The position numbers and the translations under genes were made by a program. Shown piece by piece: positions 1 to 9,869 of a DNA stretch of 64,000 nt. Source of the stretch: an uncultured Acidimicrobiia bacterium (lineage in GTDB: Bacteria > Actinomycetota > Acidimicrobiia > Acidimicrobiales > AC-14); NCBI GenBank assembly GCA_963836205.1, contig CAWIIV010000012.1, positions 130,255 through 194,254 of the forward strand, read 5' to 3'. Position 1 is the stretch's first letter, and every line of letters starts with the position of its first letter. The notes below the pieces were generated by a model. It saw only the letters and a list, made by a program, of their open reading frames with translations. It had not been told where the DNA came from and did no database searches.

Positions 1-219
1 CCCGACAACCGCACGCCCAACCAGCACGACTGGGACCGGCTGGCCGAGTCGTGGCGTCCCCGCCTCGACGCTCAGATCGCCATGCTCGAACGCCTGCGCG
101 ACCGGCTGACGACCTGCATCGGCTGCGGCTGCCTGTCGCTCAAGGCCTGCCGCCTCCTCAACCCCGGTGACAAGGTCGCCGAGCGCGGCCCCGGCCCGAG
201 GTACGTGATCGACGGCTGA
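1..219 (+). CDS. soxR: Redox-sensitive transcriptional activator SoxR, C-terminal part (truncated by window edge)
   Basis: Frame 1 reads PDNRTPNQHDWDRLAESWRPRLDAQIAMLERLRDRLTTCIGCGCLSLKAC...; CIGCGCLSLxxC is the SoxR [2Fe-2S] motif; TGA at 217-219. Confidence 0.93.
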   Translation, partial: PDNRTPNQHDWDRLAESWRPRLDAQIAMLERLRDRLTTCIGCGCLSLKACRLLNPGDKVAERGPGPRYVIDG

Positions 220-231
220 GGCAGGCGGGGC

Positions 232-1773
232 TCAGCCGCCGCCGGACTCCATCGCGTCGCGGGCCTGCTGGAGGAGCGGACCCCGGCGGCGGGTGGTGGT
301 GAGCATGGAGATCTCGGCCGCGCTCAGCGTCTCCTTCTCGGACAGGGCCTCGGCGATGCGGCGCAGGTCCTCGGCGTTGTCGCCCAGGATGGTGCGGGCG
401 GCCTGCTCGGCCCGCAGCAGCAGCTCGCGGACCTCTTTGGCCCCGTCGCCGTCGTCGTCCTTGCCCTTGTGGTCGGCCAGGTCGAAGCGGCCGGTCATGG
501 CCAGGCGCTCGACCATGCGGCGGGCGAGGGCGGCGGCGTGCTCGAGGTCGTCCTCCGAGCGGGTGCTGGGCTGGCCGAACGTGTTCATCTCCGCCGCCCG
601 TCCGCCGAGGAGGACGATGAGCTGGGCCATGAGCTCCCGCTTGGTGAGCACGTCGCGGTCGTCGCTCGACGACCACGGCGACCGCCCGAAGGCGCTGCCC
701 CGGTTGACGATCGACACCCGGGACGGCGGCTTGACGCCCCGCAGGAGGAGGGAAAGCAGGGCGTGACCGGCCTCGTGGACCGAGATCAGCTCCTTCTCGT
801 CGTCGGTCATGAGCCGGGCGCTGCGGGCGCCGGCCAGGACCCGGGAGCACGCCTCGTCGACGTCCTCGGGGGTCACCCGGTCGCGGTGGCGGCGGGCGGC
901 GAGCAGGCAGGACTCGTTGACGATGTTGGCCAGCTCGGCTGCGTTGAGCCCGGCGGTGTTGGACGCGATGTCGGACCAGTCGACCCGGCGGGAGATGGGC
1001 CGGCGGGCGGCGTGGAGCATGAGGATCTTCTCCCGCCCGTCACGGTCGGGACGGTCGACCTGGATGCGGCGGTCGAAACGGCCAGGGCGGAGCAGGGCGG
1101 AGTCGATCAGCTCGGGCCGGTTGGTGGCGCCGATGATCATCACCCCGGTGTTGCCCTGGAAGCCGTCGAGCTCCACCAGCAGCTGGTTGAGGGTGTTGTC
1201 GAACTCCCGCTCGCCGGAGGTGTCGGCGTTGCGGTGACGGCCGATGGCGTCGAGCTCGTCGATGAAGATGATGCAGGGGGACTGGGCCTTGGCCTGGTCG
1301 AAGAGCTGGCGGACGCGGGCCGCGCCCAGTCCGACGAACTTCTCCACGAAGGCGGTGGCGGAGACGAAGAAGAAGGGGACGCCGGTCTCGCCGGCGACGG
1401 CCCGGGCCAGGAGGGTCTTGCCGCAGCCGGGGAGTCCGTAGAGGAGCACGCCCCGGGGCAGTTCGGCTCCCAGGACCTGGTAGCGCTCGGGCGAGCGCAG
1501 GTAGTCGACGACCTCCTGCAGCTCGGCGATGGCCTCGTCGAGCCCGGCCACGTCCTTGAACGTCACCGACTCGGTCTGGGCGTTGATGTCGGCGCCTCGG
1601 TCGGCCTTGCCGATGCGGAAGGGCTGCTCGCCCTGGCCGCCGGCCGTCGCCCGCTCACCCCGGCGGCGGGGACGGAACTGGCCGAACCGCCCGCCCGGTC
1701 GGGTGAGTCGGAGGGTGCTGATCGCCGTCCCGACGATCACGATCCCCACGAAGATGCCAATGATCCAGATCAC
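232..1773 (-). CDS. ftsH: FtsH-family ATP-dependent zinc metalloprotease (single N-terminal TM)
   Basis: TFKDVAG, Walker A GLPGCGKT, Walker B IFIDELD, SRH ATNRPELIDSALLRPGRFDR, HEAGH zinc motif; GTG at 1773 preceded by GGAG. Confidence 0.9.
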   Translation of the reverse strand: MIWIIGIFVGIVIVGTAISTLRLTRPGGRFGQFRPRRRGERATAGGQGEQPFRIGKADRGADINAQTESVTFKDVAGLDEAIAELQEVVDYLRSPERYQVLGAELPRGVLLYGLPGCGKTLLARAVAGETGVPFFFVSATAFVEKFVGLGAARVRQLFDQAKAQSPCIIFIDELDAIGRHRNADTSGEREFDNTLNQLLVELDGFQGNTGVMIIGATNRPELIDSALLRPGRFDRRIQVDRPDRDGREKILMLHAARRPISRRVDWSDIASNTAGLNAAELANIVNESCLLAARRHRDRVTPEDVDEACSRVLAGARSARLMTDDEKELISVHEAGHALLSLLLRGVKPPSRVSIVNRGSAFGRSPWSSSDDRDVLTKRELMAQLIVLLGGRAAEMNTFGQPSTRSEDDLEHAAALARRMVERLAMTGRFDLADHKGKDDDGDGAKEVRELLLRAEQAARTILGDNAEDLRRIAEALSEKETLSAAEISMLTTTRRRGPLLQQARDAMESGGG

Positions 1774-2023
1774 GTATCTACTCCCGGATGTTCCGTGCCC
1801 GTTCGGCCGGCAACCCAGAACGGGACCACTGATGGAACTGGGTCCTCCACGATCGCGCACACAGTTGCCGCTGCGCCACTAGCAGTTGTCGGCAGATAGG
1901 TCATCCGACTCAAGAGGCAATTTCCGGTGCTATGCCTAGACGATGGCTGGTCTGACTTCGCGGACCACCCTATCCGGCCAAGTTTCGGCCGTCGTGGCGG
2001 TCACGACGTCGCGGCGGCCGGGC

Positions 2024-3148
2024 TCAGAAGACGACGGCGGCGGCGGCTTCGGGGGTGGCCGGCACCGGGATGCTCGTGTCCCGGGCCTTGGCCGCCTCGG
2101 CGGACAGGATGGCCACCCTCGTACCGACCGGCACCATCGAGAACAGCTCGGCCTCGTTCTCCTCGAGCATGCGGATGCAGCCGTGGGAGGCGCTGTAGCC
2201 GATCGAGCCCCGGTCGGAGGTGGCGTGGATGAGGATGCCGGGAGCATCGAGCTCGAGGGCCTTGGTGCCGAGGGGGTTGTACGGCCCCGGGCCGATGACC
2301 TTCGGCAGGCCCACCGCCCAGTCGCTGCCGGGGTTGTACCAGGACGGGTTTTCGATCTTGTCGACGATCTTGAAGATGCCCTCGGGCGTCGGATACGACG
2401 CGCTCCCCGTCGCCACCGGCCACGACTTCACGATCACGCCCCGGTCGTAGAGGTAGAGCTTGTTCTCGCCTGTGCGGACCAGGATGACCTTGTTCACGGC
2501 ATCGTCGGCCGGCCCCGTCCCCGCGGCGACGGGCGTGGTGACCAGCCGTACCGAGTCGCTGCCGAACTGGACCGCCTGCATGATCGCCTGCCGGGACGCC
2601 TCGACGTCGAGCACCCGGCCCGCCTTCTCGGGGGTGAACTTGAGGAAGCCGGTGGAGATGTCGATGTCGGCGTTCTGGGGCGCTTCCTTCACCTGCTCGG
2701 CGGCCTTGGCGAGGAGGGCGTCGAGGTCGCCGTCGCCCCACGCCGGCTCGGCGTCGATGAAGACGGGCTCGGTCGGCGACAGCACCTTCGACCCCAGCCG
2801 GGTGATGACGTTGCCGTTGGAGCTGCGGAGCAGGGCGGACCGGACGGTCTGGGCCACGTCGACCCGGTAACCGAGGTCCCACGGCGTGGTGGTGACCTCG
2901 AAGCGGTCGGTGGTGAGGACGACGGCCCGCCGGAGGGGCTCTTCGACGGCACCCCGGACCCGTACGACGGCGGTGTCGAAGTCCATCCCGCCCACAGGGA
3001 CGTCGTTGATGACGGTGCCGGAGGCCAACCGGGCGGTGGCGTGGCGGTCGACGGACACCATCACCACGGTGCCCAGCCCCGCGACCACGAGCCCCGCGGC
3101 CAGGCCCACGATGAACTTCGTCGATCCCCAGAATCGTTTTCCCGCCAT
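2024..3148 (-). CDS. L,D-transpeptidase with N-terminal anchor and putative peptidoglycan-binding region
   Basis: YkuD motifs VATGS..YPTP.G, NPLG, IHAT...SHGCIRM; N-terminal TM; start chosen at ATG of MAGKRFWG. Confidence 0.88.
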   Translation of the reverse strand: MAGKRFWGSTKFIVGLAAGLVVAGLGTVVMVSVDRHATARLASGTVINDVPVGGMDFDTAVVRVRGAVEEPLRRAVVLTTDRFEVTTTPWDLGYRVDVAQTVRSALLRSSNGNVITRLGSKVLSPTEPVFIDAEPAWGDGDLDALLAKAAEQVKEAPQNADIDISTGFLKFTPEKAGRVLDVEASRQAIMQAVQFGSDSVRLVTTPVAAGTGPADDAVNKVILVRTGENKLYLYDRGVIVKSWPVATGSASYPTPEGIFKIVDKIENPSWYNPGSDWAVGLPKVIGPGPYNPLGTKALELDAPGILIHATSDRGSIGYSASHGCIRMLEENEAELFSMVPVGTRVAILSAEAAKARDTSIPVPATPEAAAAVVF

Positions 3149-3167
3149 GGTGAGCCTGAAATCTAGT

Positions 3168-4814
3168 TCAACGCCGTAGCAAAATCCGCCGCATCTCGCC
3201 CAGGTCGTCGACCCGGAGCAGCTTGCAGGCGCCGACGAAGACCGCCGCTCCGGCCAATCCGCCGACGACCAGCTGCACCACGTCGCGATCAAAGGCGCCC
3301 GCGGTGGCCACCATGGCCGCCCCGGCCAAGGCGGAGGCGACCGCCACCCGGGCCAGCACCGCGGCCACCGGTCGCAGGCGCAGGCCCCCGACCCGGCGCG
3401 ACAACAGGCGGCCGGCGAGCGCCGCCCCGGCCAGGTAGCAGAGGCTGTGGGCGAGGGCCAGGCCCCGGACGTCGAGGGAGGGGAACAGGGCGACGGTGGC
3501 GCCGATGAAGACCGCGTTGAGGGCCAGGTTCACCAGCATCGGCGTGCGGGCGTCCTGGCGGGCGTAGAAGGCCCGGAGGAACAGGAGGAAGAGGGAGAAC
3601 GGCAGGAGCCCGAAGGCGAACATCTGGAGCATCCGGGCCAGCAGCTCGCTGCTGTCGGCGCTGACGACGCCGTGTTCGAGCAGGGTCGACAGCAAGGGCT
3701 TGGCCAGGGCCAGGTAGGCGGCGGTGGCGGGGAGCATCACCAGGCCGAGGGCCCGGACGCCGCCGGCCACGGAGGCGGCGAAGGCGCGGTCGTCGCCGTC
3801 GACGGCCTGGGCCGCCATCCGGGGACTGAGGGCGGTCATCACCGACACTGCCGCGATCCCATAGGGGAGCTGGAAGAAGGCGAAGGCGGTGAAGAAGGCG
3901 GTGGGCCCGCCCTGGACGCCGTTGGCCAGCACCAGGCCGATGCCGAGGCCGACCTGGTTGGCCACCACGTAGCCGAGGGTCCAGGTGGACAGGCCGGCCA
4001 GCTTGCGCACCGCCGGGTGGCGGAAGTCGGGCCGGAACCGCAGCCGGCTGGGCAGGCGGCGGACGTAGGGCCAGTGGGCCAGGGCCATGGCGGCGACGCC
4101 CCCGGTGGTCCCCAGGGCGAGGAGGAGCTTGGCGCCCAGGTCGTCGACGACGGCCGCGTCGCTGGCCGAGGAGCCGAAGGTGGCGGCGAAGGCGAGGAAG
4201 GTGGCGATCACCACCAGGTTGTTGAGGATGGGGGCGAACATCGGCACCGCGAACCGGTGGTGGGCGTTGAGCAGGCCTCCGGCGATGGCGGCGTAGCCGT
4301 AGAAGGCGATCTGGGGGGCGAAGAAGCGCAGGAAGAAGGTGGCCAGCTCCTGCTGCTGGACCGCTTCCGGCCCCGAGACCCGCAGGGTGAAGAGCTTGAT
4401 CACCCACGGAGCTGCGACCACGGTGAGGGCGCTGAGGGCGACCAGCAGGACCATGGCGGTGGTGGCCATGGCCGAGACCGCCTCGTCGGCGTCCTTGGGC
4501 TTGCGGGTGCGCAGCTGCTCGACCACCACCGGGACGAAGACCGACGACAGCACCCCTCCGAGCACCAGCTCGTAGAGGATGTTGGGCATGGTGTTGGCGA
4601 TGTTGTAGGAGTCGGCCAGTCGGGACTCGGTGACGCCGAGGGCGTAGACGAGGGCGGCCAGGCGCCCGAGGCCGGTGACCCGGGAGAGGGCAGTCCCCAC
4701 CGCCATCACCGCCGCCGAGCGGCCCAGGCCGGCAGGCAGGACCGGGCTCGCGTCCTCCGTCGGCCCTGCCTCCGGGGGTCCGGGCGCCGGGGGCCCGGAG
4801 GGCTCGGTGGTCAT
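3168..4814 (-). CDS. murJ: Lipid II flippase MurJ (MviN)
   Basis: GTALSRVTGLGR, ADSYNIANTMPN, GGVLSSVFVP, FQLPYG, RAFYARQDARTP; many TM segments. Confidence 0.93.
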   Translation of the reverse strand: MTTEPSGPPAPGPPEAGPTEDASPVLPAGLGRSAAVMAVGTALSRVTGLGRLAALVYALGVTESRLADSYNIANTMPNILYELVLGGVLSSVFVPVVVEQLRTRKPKDADEAVSAMATTAMVLLVALSALTVVAAPWVIKLFTLRVSGPEAVQQQELATFFLRFFAPQIAFYGYAAIAGGLLNAHHRFAVPMFAPILNNLVVIATFLAFAATFGSSASDAAVVDDLGAKLLLALGTTGGVAAMALAHWPYVRRLPSRLRFRPDFRHPAVRKLAGLSTWTLGYVVANQVGLGIGLVLANGVQGGPTAFFTAFAFFQLPYGIAAVSVMTALSPRMAAQAVDGDDRAFAASVAGGVRALGLVMLPATAAYLALAKPLLSTLLEHGVVSADSSELLARMLQMFAFGLLPFSLFLLFLRAFYARQDARTPMLVNLALNAVFIGATVALFPSLDVRGLALAHSLCYLAGAALAGRLLSRRVGGLRLRPVAAVLARVAVASALAGAAMVATAGAFDRDVVQLVVGGLAGAAVFVGACKLLRVDDLGEMRRILLRR

Positions 4815-4905
4815 CGAAGCCGGAGGCTAGTCACGGGCCGCACCCGATCCGGTCGACACCGGTGGCAAGATTCGGGGAGACCTCACCGATCGATCGGAGG
4901 CGACG

Positions 4906-7017
4906 ATGGCGACGCTGGCCGAGCTTCGAGCCCGCAGCGAGACCCTGTTCACCGAGCTCTTGGAGGTTCAGGAGAAGAAGGCGCCGGCCAGACGTCGGGC
5001 GGGGGCCGCGCTCGCCGGTCCGACCCGAGGGCCGGCAGGGGCGACGTTCTCGTGGTTCGACCCCGCCGACGCGGTGCAGGCGGCCGCCCTGTCGTTCCGC
5101 CTGGCCGCGCTCACCGGCACCAAAAAGCGGGTGAACGATGCGCTCGCGGCCGCCCTCGACCACGCCGACGAGGCCCGCACCGCGGCCCATCCCGAGCTGG
5201 TGCGGCAAGGGCTGGCCATGTTCGTCACCCACAACCGCGACGGTCGCCGCCTGGCCAAGCCCCGCACGGTGGTGGCCGCTCCCGGGCTGTTCCGTCCGCC
5301 GGCGGTGCGAGCCTCCAGGGGCCTCGGCATCTCGATCGGAGGGGCGGCCCCCGGCCTCGACTACTGGCGGGAGGACGCCCTGGCCAACGAGCACCACCAG
5401 CACTGGCACGAGGTCTACCCCTTCTCCGGGCTGCCGCCCCGTGACTTCCGCGAGTGGCTCACGACGACCCCGCGGTCCGACATCGCCGCCGTCCTCGAGG
5501 GGCTGTCGCCGGGTGGGAACTGGGCCGCCCGGGTGCAGAACGCCACCGTCACCCAGCTGTCGAGCTTCTTCTCCCAGACCGCCACCGGGGAGGCCATCGG
5601 CAACCTCGCCCCCCCGCTCTACCGCCTGCTCTTCAAGCTCAACGACCGCCAGGGCGAGCTGTTCTTCTACATGCACGAGCAGATGCTGGCCCGCTACGAC
5701 GCCGAGCTGATCTCCCACGGTTTGTCGCGGGTGGGCCCGTTCGGGCCGGGCCAGTGGTCGAAGCCCATCCCCGAGGGCCACGACCCCACCGACATCACCG
5801 GCTTCACCCGCCGGGAGCCCAACCAGCGCCTCGGCGCCAGCGCGGTGAGCACGCTGCGCACGCTGGAGAAGGAGATCACCGACGCCATTACCGCGGGCTC
5901 GTTGCGAGGGTCGACTGCCGCGCCGGTGGCCATCGACCGCACCAACCTGGGGGAAGCGGCGGAGGCGGCCGTCCGCCAGCTGCGCGACACCGACCCCAAC
6001 GCCTACCGGGGCCTGCACAACATCGGCCACGGGCGTATCGCCGCCCTGGCCGTCGACGGTGAGGGCGGCGTCATGAACAACCCGGTGGCCGCCATCCGCG
6101 ACCAGGTCTTCTGGCGCTGGCACAAGCACATCGACGACCTCAACGCCGACTGGCAGAACCGCCAGGCCCCGGCGGACTTCCGCGACGGACCGCCGGTGTT
6201 GATGCGCAACGGCCTGGCCGCGGGGTCGACGACGGCGTGGGCCAGTCCCGACATCATCCTGTGCCGCACGGCCGACCTCCCGGCCACCGGCCAGGCCGCG
6301 CTCGGCGAGCGGCTGTTCGGAGGGGCGGCGTGGGACACCGACTTCACCGCCGCCGGCCAGGCCACGGCGGGCGGCACCACCGTGCCGACGGTAAGCGAGC
6401 TCACGACCTCGATGGGGACGGTGCCGTTCCGGGGCCGGCCGGTCCGCTTTCTCACCCACGAGCCGTTCTCCCACTTTTTGCGCCTGGAGAACACGTCGAG
6501 CGCCGACTGCCAGGTCACCGTCCGCATCTTCCTGGCCCCGTCGGCGCCAGCCGGCCGCGATCGGCGGACGTGGATCGAGATGGACAAGTTCCTCCTCACC
6601 GTGCCCGGAAGCACCCGGCTGGTGGCGTACCGGGCCGACTCGGAGTCGTCGGTGGTGAAGCGGCCCGTCGACACCAGCCCGGCGGAGGTCCTCGGCGGTG
6701 GGAGCGGCCCCGACGAGGACTCCTACTGCGACTGCGGCTGGCCCTACACCCTGCTCCTGCCCCGGGGCACTACCGCCGGGCTTCCGTTCCGGCTGATGGT
6801 GCTCTGCTCGGATGCGGCCCTCGACCGGGTGCCGGCCCAGGCCCAATGCGGGTCGATGAGCTGGTGCGGGGCCGTCGACCGCTACCCCGACACCCGCGAC
6901 ATGGGCTACCCGTTCGCCCGCCCCTTCGCCGGCTCGGCCGCCAGCGCCATCCGCGACACGATCGTCCGCCTCCCCCACGCCGCCGCTCGGACGCTCACCA
7001 TCCGCCACCGGGGCTGA
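4906..7017 (+). CDS. Type-3 copper protein of the arthropod hemocyanin/prophenoloxidase family (Hemocyanin_M plus Hemocyanin_C-like)
   Basis: CuA YWREDALANEHHQHWHEVYP and DRQGELFFYMHEQMLARY; CuB LHNIGH and AIRDQVFWRWHKHID; C-terminal VRIFLAP, IEMDKF, CGWP..LLLPRG, YPDTRDMGYPF. Confidence 0.88.
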   Translation: MATLAELRARSETLFTELLEVQEKKAPARRRAGAALAGPTRGPAGATFSWFDPADAVQAAALSFRLAALTGTKKRVNDALAAALDHADEARTAAHPELVRQGLAMFVTHNRDGRRLAKPRTVVAAPGLFRPPAVRASRGLGISIGGAAPGLDYWREDALANEHHQHWHEVYPFSGLPPRDFREWLTTTPRSDIAAVLEGLSPGGNWAARVQNATVTQLSSFFSQTATGEAIGNLAPPLYRLLFKLNDRQGELFFYMHEQMLARYDAELISHGLSRVGPFGPGQWSKPIPEGHDPTDITGFTRREPNQRLGASAVSTLRTLEKEITDAITAGSLRGSTAAPVAIDRTNLGEAAEAAVRQLRDTDPNAYRGLHNIGHGRIAALAVDGEGGVMNNPVAAIRDQVFWRWHKHIDDLNADWQNRQAPADFRDGPPVLMRNGLAAGSTTAWASPDIILCRTADLPATGQAALGERLFGGAAWDTDFTAAGQATAGGTTVPTVSELTTSMGTVPFRGRPVRFLTHEPFSHFLRLENTSSADCQVTVRIFLAPSAPAGRDRRTWIEMDKFLLTVPGSTRLVAYRADSESSVVKRPVDTSPAEVLGGGSGPDEDSYCDCGWPYTLLLPRGTTAGLPFRLMVLCSDAALDRVPAQAQCGSMSWCGAVDRYPDTRDMGYPFARPFAGSAASAIRDTIVRLPHAAARTLTIRHRG

Positions 7018-7044
7018 GCGCGGGACGCGACGCGCTCGGCCATC

Positions 7045-7193
<149 letters not shown>

Positions 7194-7301
7194 GTCTTGT
7201 TCTGTGCCTCTGACCTGGACTTTACGTCTTGGAGGCTCCCCGGACGACGAGCCCACCCTTGCTGCCACTACATGCCGCGGTGGGTTTCGAGGAGGCGCTC
7301 G

Positions 7302-8226
7302 ATGCCCAAATCAGCGGTCACGGTCGCAAGCGTAAACGACATCCCTGCTCTGCAACGAGACTTCGAGCGGTCGCAGCGGGCCGCCCGCCGTTCGCCCCGC
7401 ACGATCCAGACCTACCGGGAGGGCGGTCAGCCAACTCGCCGCGTTCCTGGAGCGGTCGGGGATGCCGACCGCGGTGACGTCGCTCCGCCGGGAGCACGTC
7501 GAGGCCTTCATGGACGAGCTGAACCAACGGACGAAGCCTGCCACCGCCTCCAACCGCTTCCGAGCGTTGCAGCAGTTCTTCAAGTTCCTCGAGGAGGAAG
7601 GTGGAGGTCGAGCGCTCGCCCATGGAGCGGATGCGCCGAACGACGGTGCCGGTGGAGCCGGTGCCCCTGCTGTCGACGGAGCAGCTCAAGGCATTGCTGG
7701 CCGCCTGCGAGGGCAACGACTTCGAGCCCCGGCGGGACACGGCCGTTGTGTCGGCTCTTCGTCGACACAGGCATGCGCCGGGCCGAGCTGCTCGGGTTGC
7801 GGGTGGCCGACATCGACTTTGACCAGGACGTCGCACTGGTAATGGGAAAGGGCCGCAAGCCGCGGACGTGCCCGTCCGAAAACAAGACCGGTTTGGCGTT
7901 GGGCCGGTACCTGCGACTGCGAGGTGGGTCACGCGTTTGCTGCTGAGGAGGCCCTATGGCTCGGCCGGCGCGGCCCGCTCACCGAGACGGGGCTCACCCA
8001 GATGCTGTGGCGCCGGGCCGAGCAGGCCGGGATCGGCAAGATCCACCCCCACCAGTTCCGCCACACCTTCGCCCAAACCTGGCTGGCCCAGGGCGGCAAC
8101 GAGGGCGATCGGGTGCGGCTCACGGGCTGGAGCGGCCGCGACATGCTGGCCTGCTTCGCCGCGTCGACCGCCGACGAGCGCGCCCGCGAGGCCCATCCAA
8201 AGCTCAGTCCGGGCGACCGGCTCTGA
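7302..8226 (+). pseudogene. Tyrosine recombinase/integrase pseudogene
   Basis: Pieces across about 4 frameshifts: [52 protein letters not shown]; region expected to hold the catalytic Tyr reads MLACFAAS. Confidence 0.85.
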
Positions 8227-8270
8227 ACTCCCGGCGACACGATGCCGACGGGTCGTAGGCTCAATCCGAG

Positions 8271-8639
8271 ATGTCGACCGAGCCCTCCGAGCCAACGGTG
8301 GACGAATTGCTCCAGCGCGGTCGGCCTCTGCCTCCGTACGGCGAGATGGTGATCGACGATCTCACCGAAGAGGAGGCTGAGGCATTCCTTGACGCCGTCA
8401 ACGCTGACCAGCCAGCAGTGCCTGACACCGGTTTCGACTACGAGATCTGGGTCGACGACCACATGATCGACGACGATGGGAACATCATCGCTCTGGTGAA
8501 GCACGCCCGGCCGGGCGTCGATCCGCAGGTTGGCAACGTGTTCATGGTCGGCGACGGCGAGCAGAAGCCGTTCCCGGCAAGGGTGATCGAGCGCACCCGC
8601 CACGGGCTCGTGATCCTTGCCGCCGACCCCGAAAGGTGA
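8271..8639 (+). CDS. Hypothetical acidic protein (122 aa)
   Basis: ATG-started ORF with coding-like composition and high GC3, directly downstream of the integrase. Confidence 0.6.
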   Translation: MSTEPSEPTVDELLQRGRPLPPYGEMVIDDLTEEEAEAFLDAVNADQPAVPDTGFDYEIWVDDHMIDDDGNIIALVKHARPGVDPQVGNVFMVGDGEQKPFPARVIERTRHGLVILAADPER

Positions 8640-8671
8640 GCCGTTGCGATTGCCACGGAACTGCCCACGAT

Positions 8672-8693
8672 CGGATTACAAGCTTGTAGTCTG
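8672..8693. promoter_or_regulatory. Palindromic operator overlapping a candidate -10 (TAGTCT) of the toxin-antitoxin operon
   Basis: CGGATTACAAGCTTGTAGTCTG is a near-perfect inverted repeat 30 bp upstream of the antitoxin start. Confidence 0.55.
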
Positions 8694-8722
8694 AGTGGCA
8701 CCGGATCGACAGGAGTTATGGC

Positions 8723-9373
8723 GTGGCGTACCCAACGCATGTCGCAGCAGCGCTGAGCGGCGCTTCGCTCCGGCAGTTGCAGTACTGGCGGCAGCGCCGC
8801 AACGGCGAACCGCTCCTGGCTCCGGAGGCGCGCTCCGGCGGTCGAGTCCTCTATTCATTCCGCGACGTGATGGCGTTGCGGACCTTCGTGTACCTGCGCG
8901 AGCAACTGCCGCTCCAGCGCATCAGGAAGGCTGTCAGCAACCTGGGCCACCTCGGCGACGGGGAACACCTGTCCGCCTACCGCTTGTACGTCGCGGGCAG
9001 CTCGATCGTGTGGGCGGAGAGCGACGACAAGCTGGTCGACCTGGTCGAGATGCCCGGCCAGTACAAGCTGGCGGCCGAGATGCGAGATGTCGTCAAGCCG
9101 TTCACGAACCTCCAAGGCGCCGAGGTCGTCGACCTCTTGCGGCCACGTCAGCGCCTCGAAGTCGATCCCGGCGTCCGCGGGGGATATCCCGTGGTCCTCG
9201 ACACCCGCATCCCCTACGACATCATCGCGGGATTGGTGGCCGACGGCGTGCCGCCGGCGGAGGTGGCCTACTTCTATCCGCCGGTCGACGCCGGGGCTGC
9301 CGGCGATGCCTTCGACTTCCACCGCTACGTCGAGTCGTTGCGAGGGCGCGACGCCTCCGTCCCGGTGGCGTGA
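8723..9373 (+). CDS. MerR-like HTH plus DUF433 antitoxin (VapB45-like)
   Basis: AAALSGASLRQLQYWR, LYSFRDV, DPGVRGGYPVVLDTRIP (DUF433). Confidence 0.85.
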   Translation: MAYPTHVAAALSGASLRQLQYWRQRRNGEPLLAPEARSGGRVLYSFRDVMALRTFVYLREQLPLQRIRKAVSNLGHLGDGEHLSAYRLYVAGSSIVWAESDDKLVDLVEMPGQYKLAAEMRDVVKPFTNLQGAEVVDLLRPRQRLEVDPGVRGGYPVVLDTRIPYDIIAGLVADGVPPAEVAYFYPPVDAGAAGDAFDFHRYVESLRGRDASVPVA

Positions 9374-9804
9374 GGATCCTCTGCGACCAGGACGTTCCGG
9401 AACCTCTGGTCGAGCCGCTACGCCACCTGCTCCGGGGCGACCACACCGTGGAGCACGTCAACCAGCTGCACTGGACGGGCAAGCAGGATCGCTTCGTGTA
9501 CCCAGACGCCAGAGGGCGTGGCTACGACGTCATCCTGACGAACGATGGCAACCAGCTCAACGACGCCGACGAGACGGACGCGATCAGGCGCTCGGGACTG
9601 CACCACGTCCGGTACCCTCACCGGCACCGGGGCATGAAGGGGTTGGCCCTCGCGATGGGCAGCATCCTCGCCGCCATGCCGGGTGTCGTCGAGGAGTTGG
9701 GTGTTGCCGATGGCCAACGCCTGGTGCGGATCGCGGCGATCAGCCCGCACGACCGATTCGATGTGGTCGACCCACGGCGAGACCCGCCCCGGTACTGGCG
9801 ATGA
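9370..9804 (+). CDS. PIN-like toxin (VapC45/DUF5615-like)
   Basis: GTGA overlap with antitoxin stop; MRILCDQDVP...GKQD...VILTND acidic PIN motifs. Confidence 0.8.
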   Translation: MRILCDQDVPEPLVEPLRHLLRGDHTVEHVNQLHWTGKQDRFVYPDARGRGYDVILTNDGNQLNDADETDAIRRSGLHHVRYPHRHRGMKGLALAMGSILAAMPGVVEELGVADGQRLVRIAAISPHDRFDVVDPRRDPPRYWR

Positions 9805-9869
9805 CCCACCGGCCACCGTAAGAGGGCCGTCTCGACGCGGCGCCGTTTGATCAGCGCTGAGTCGGACGC

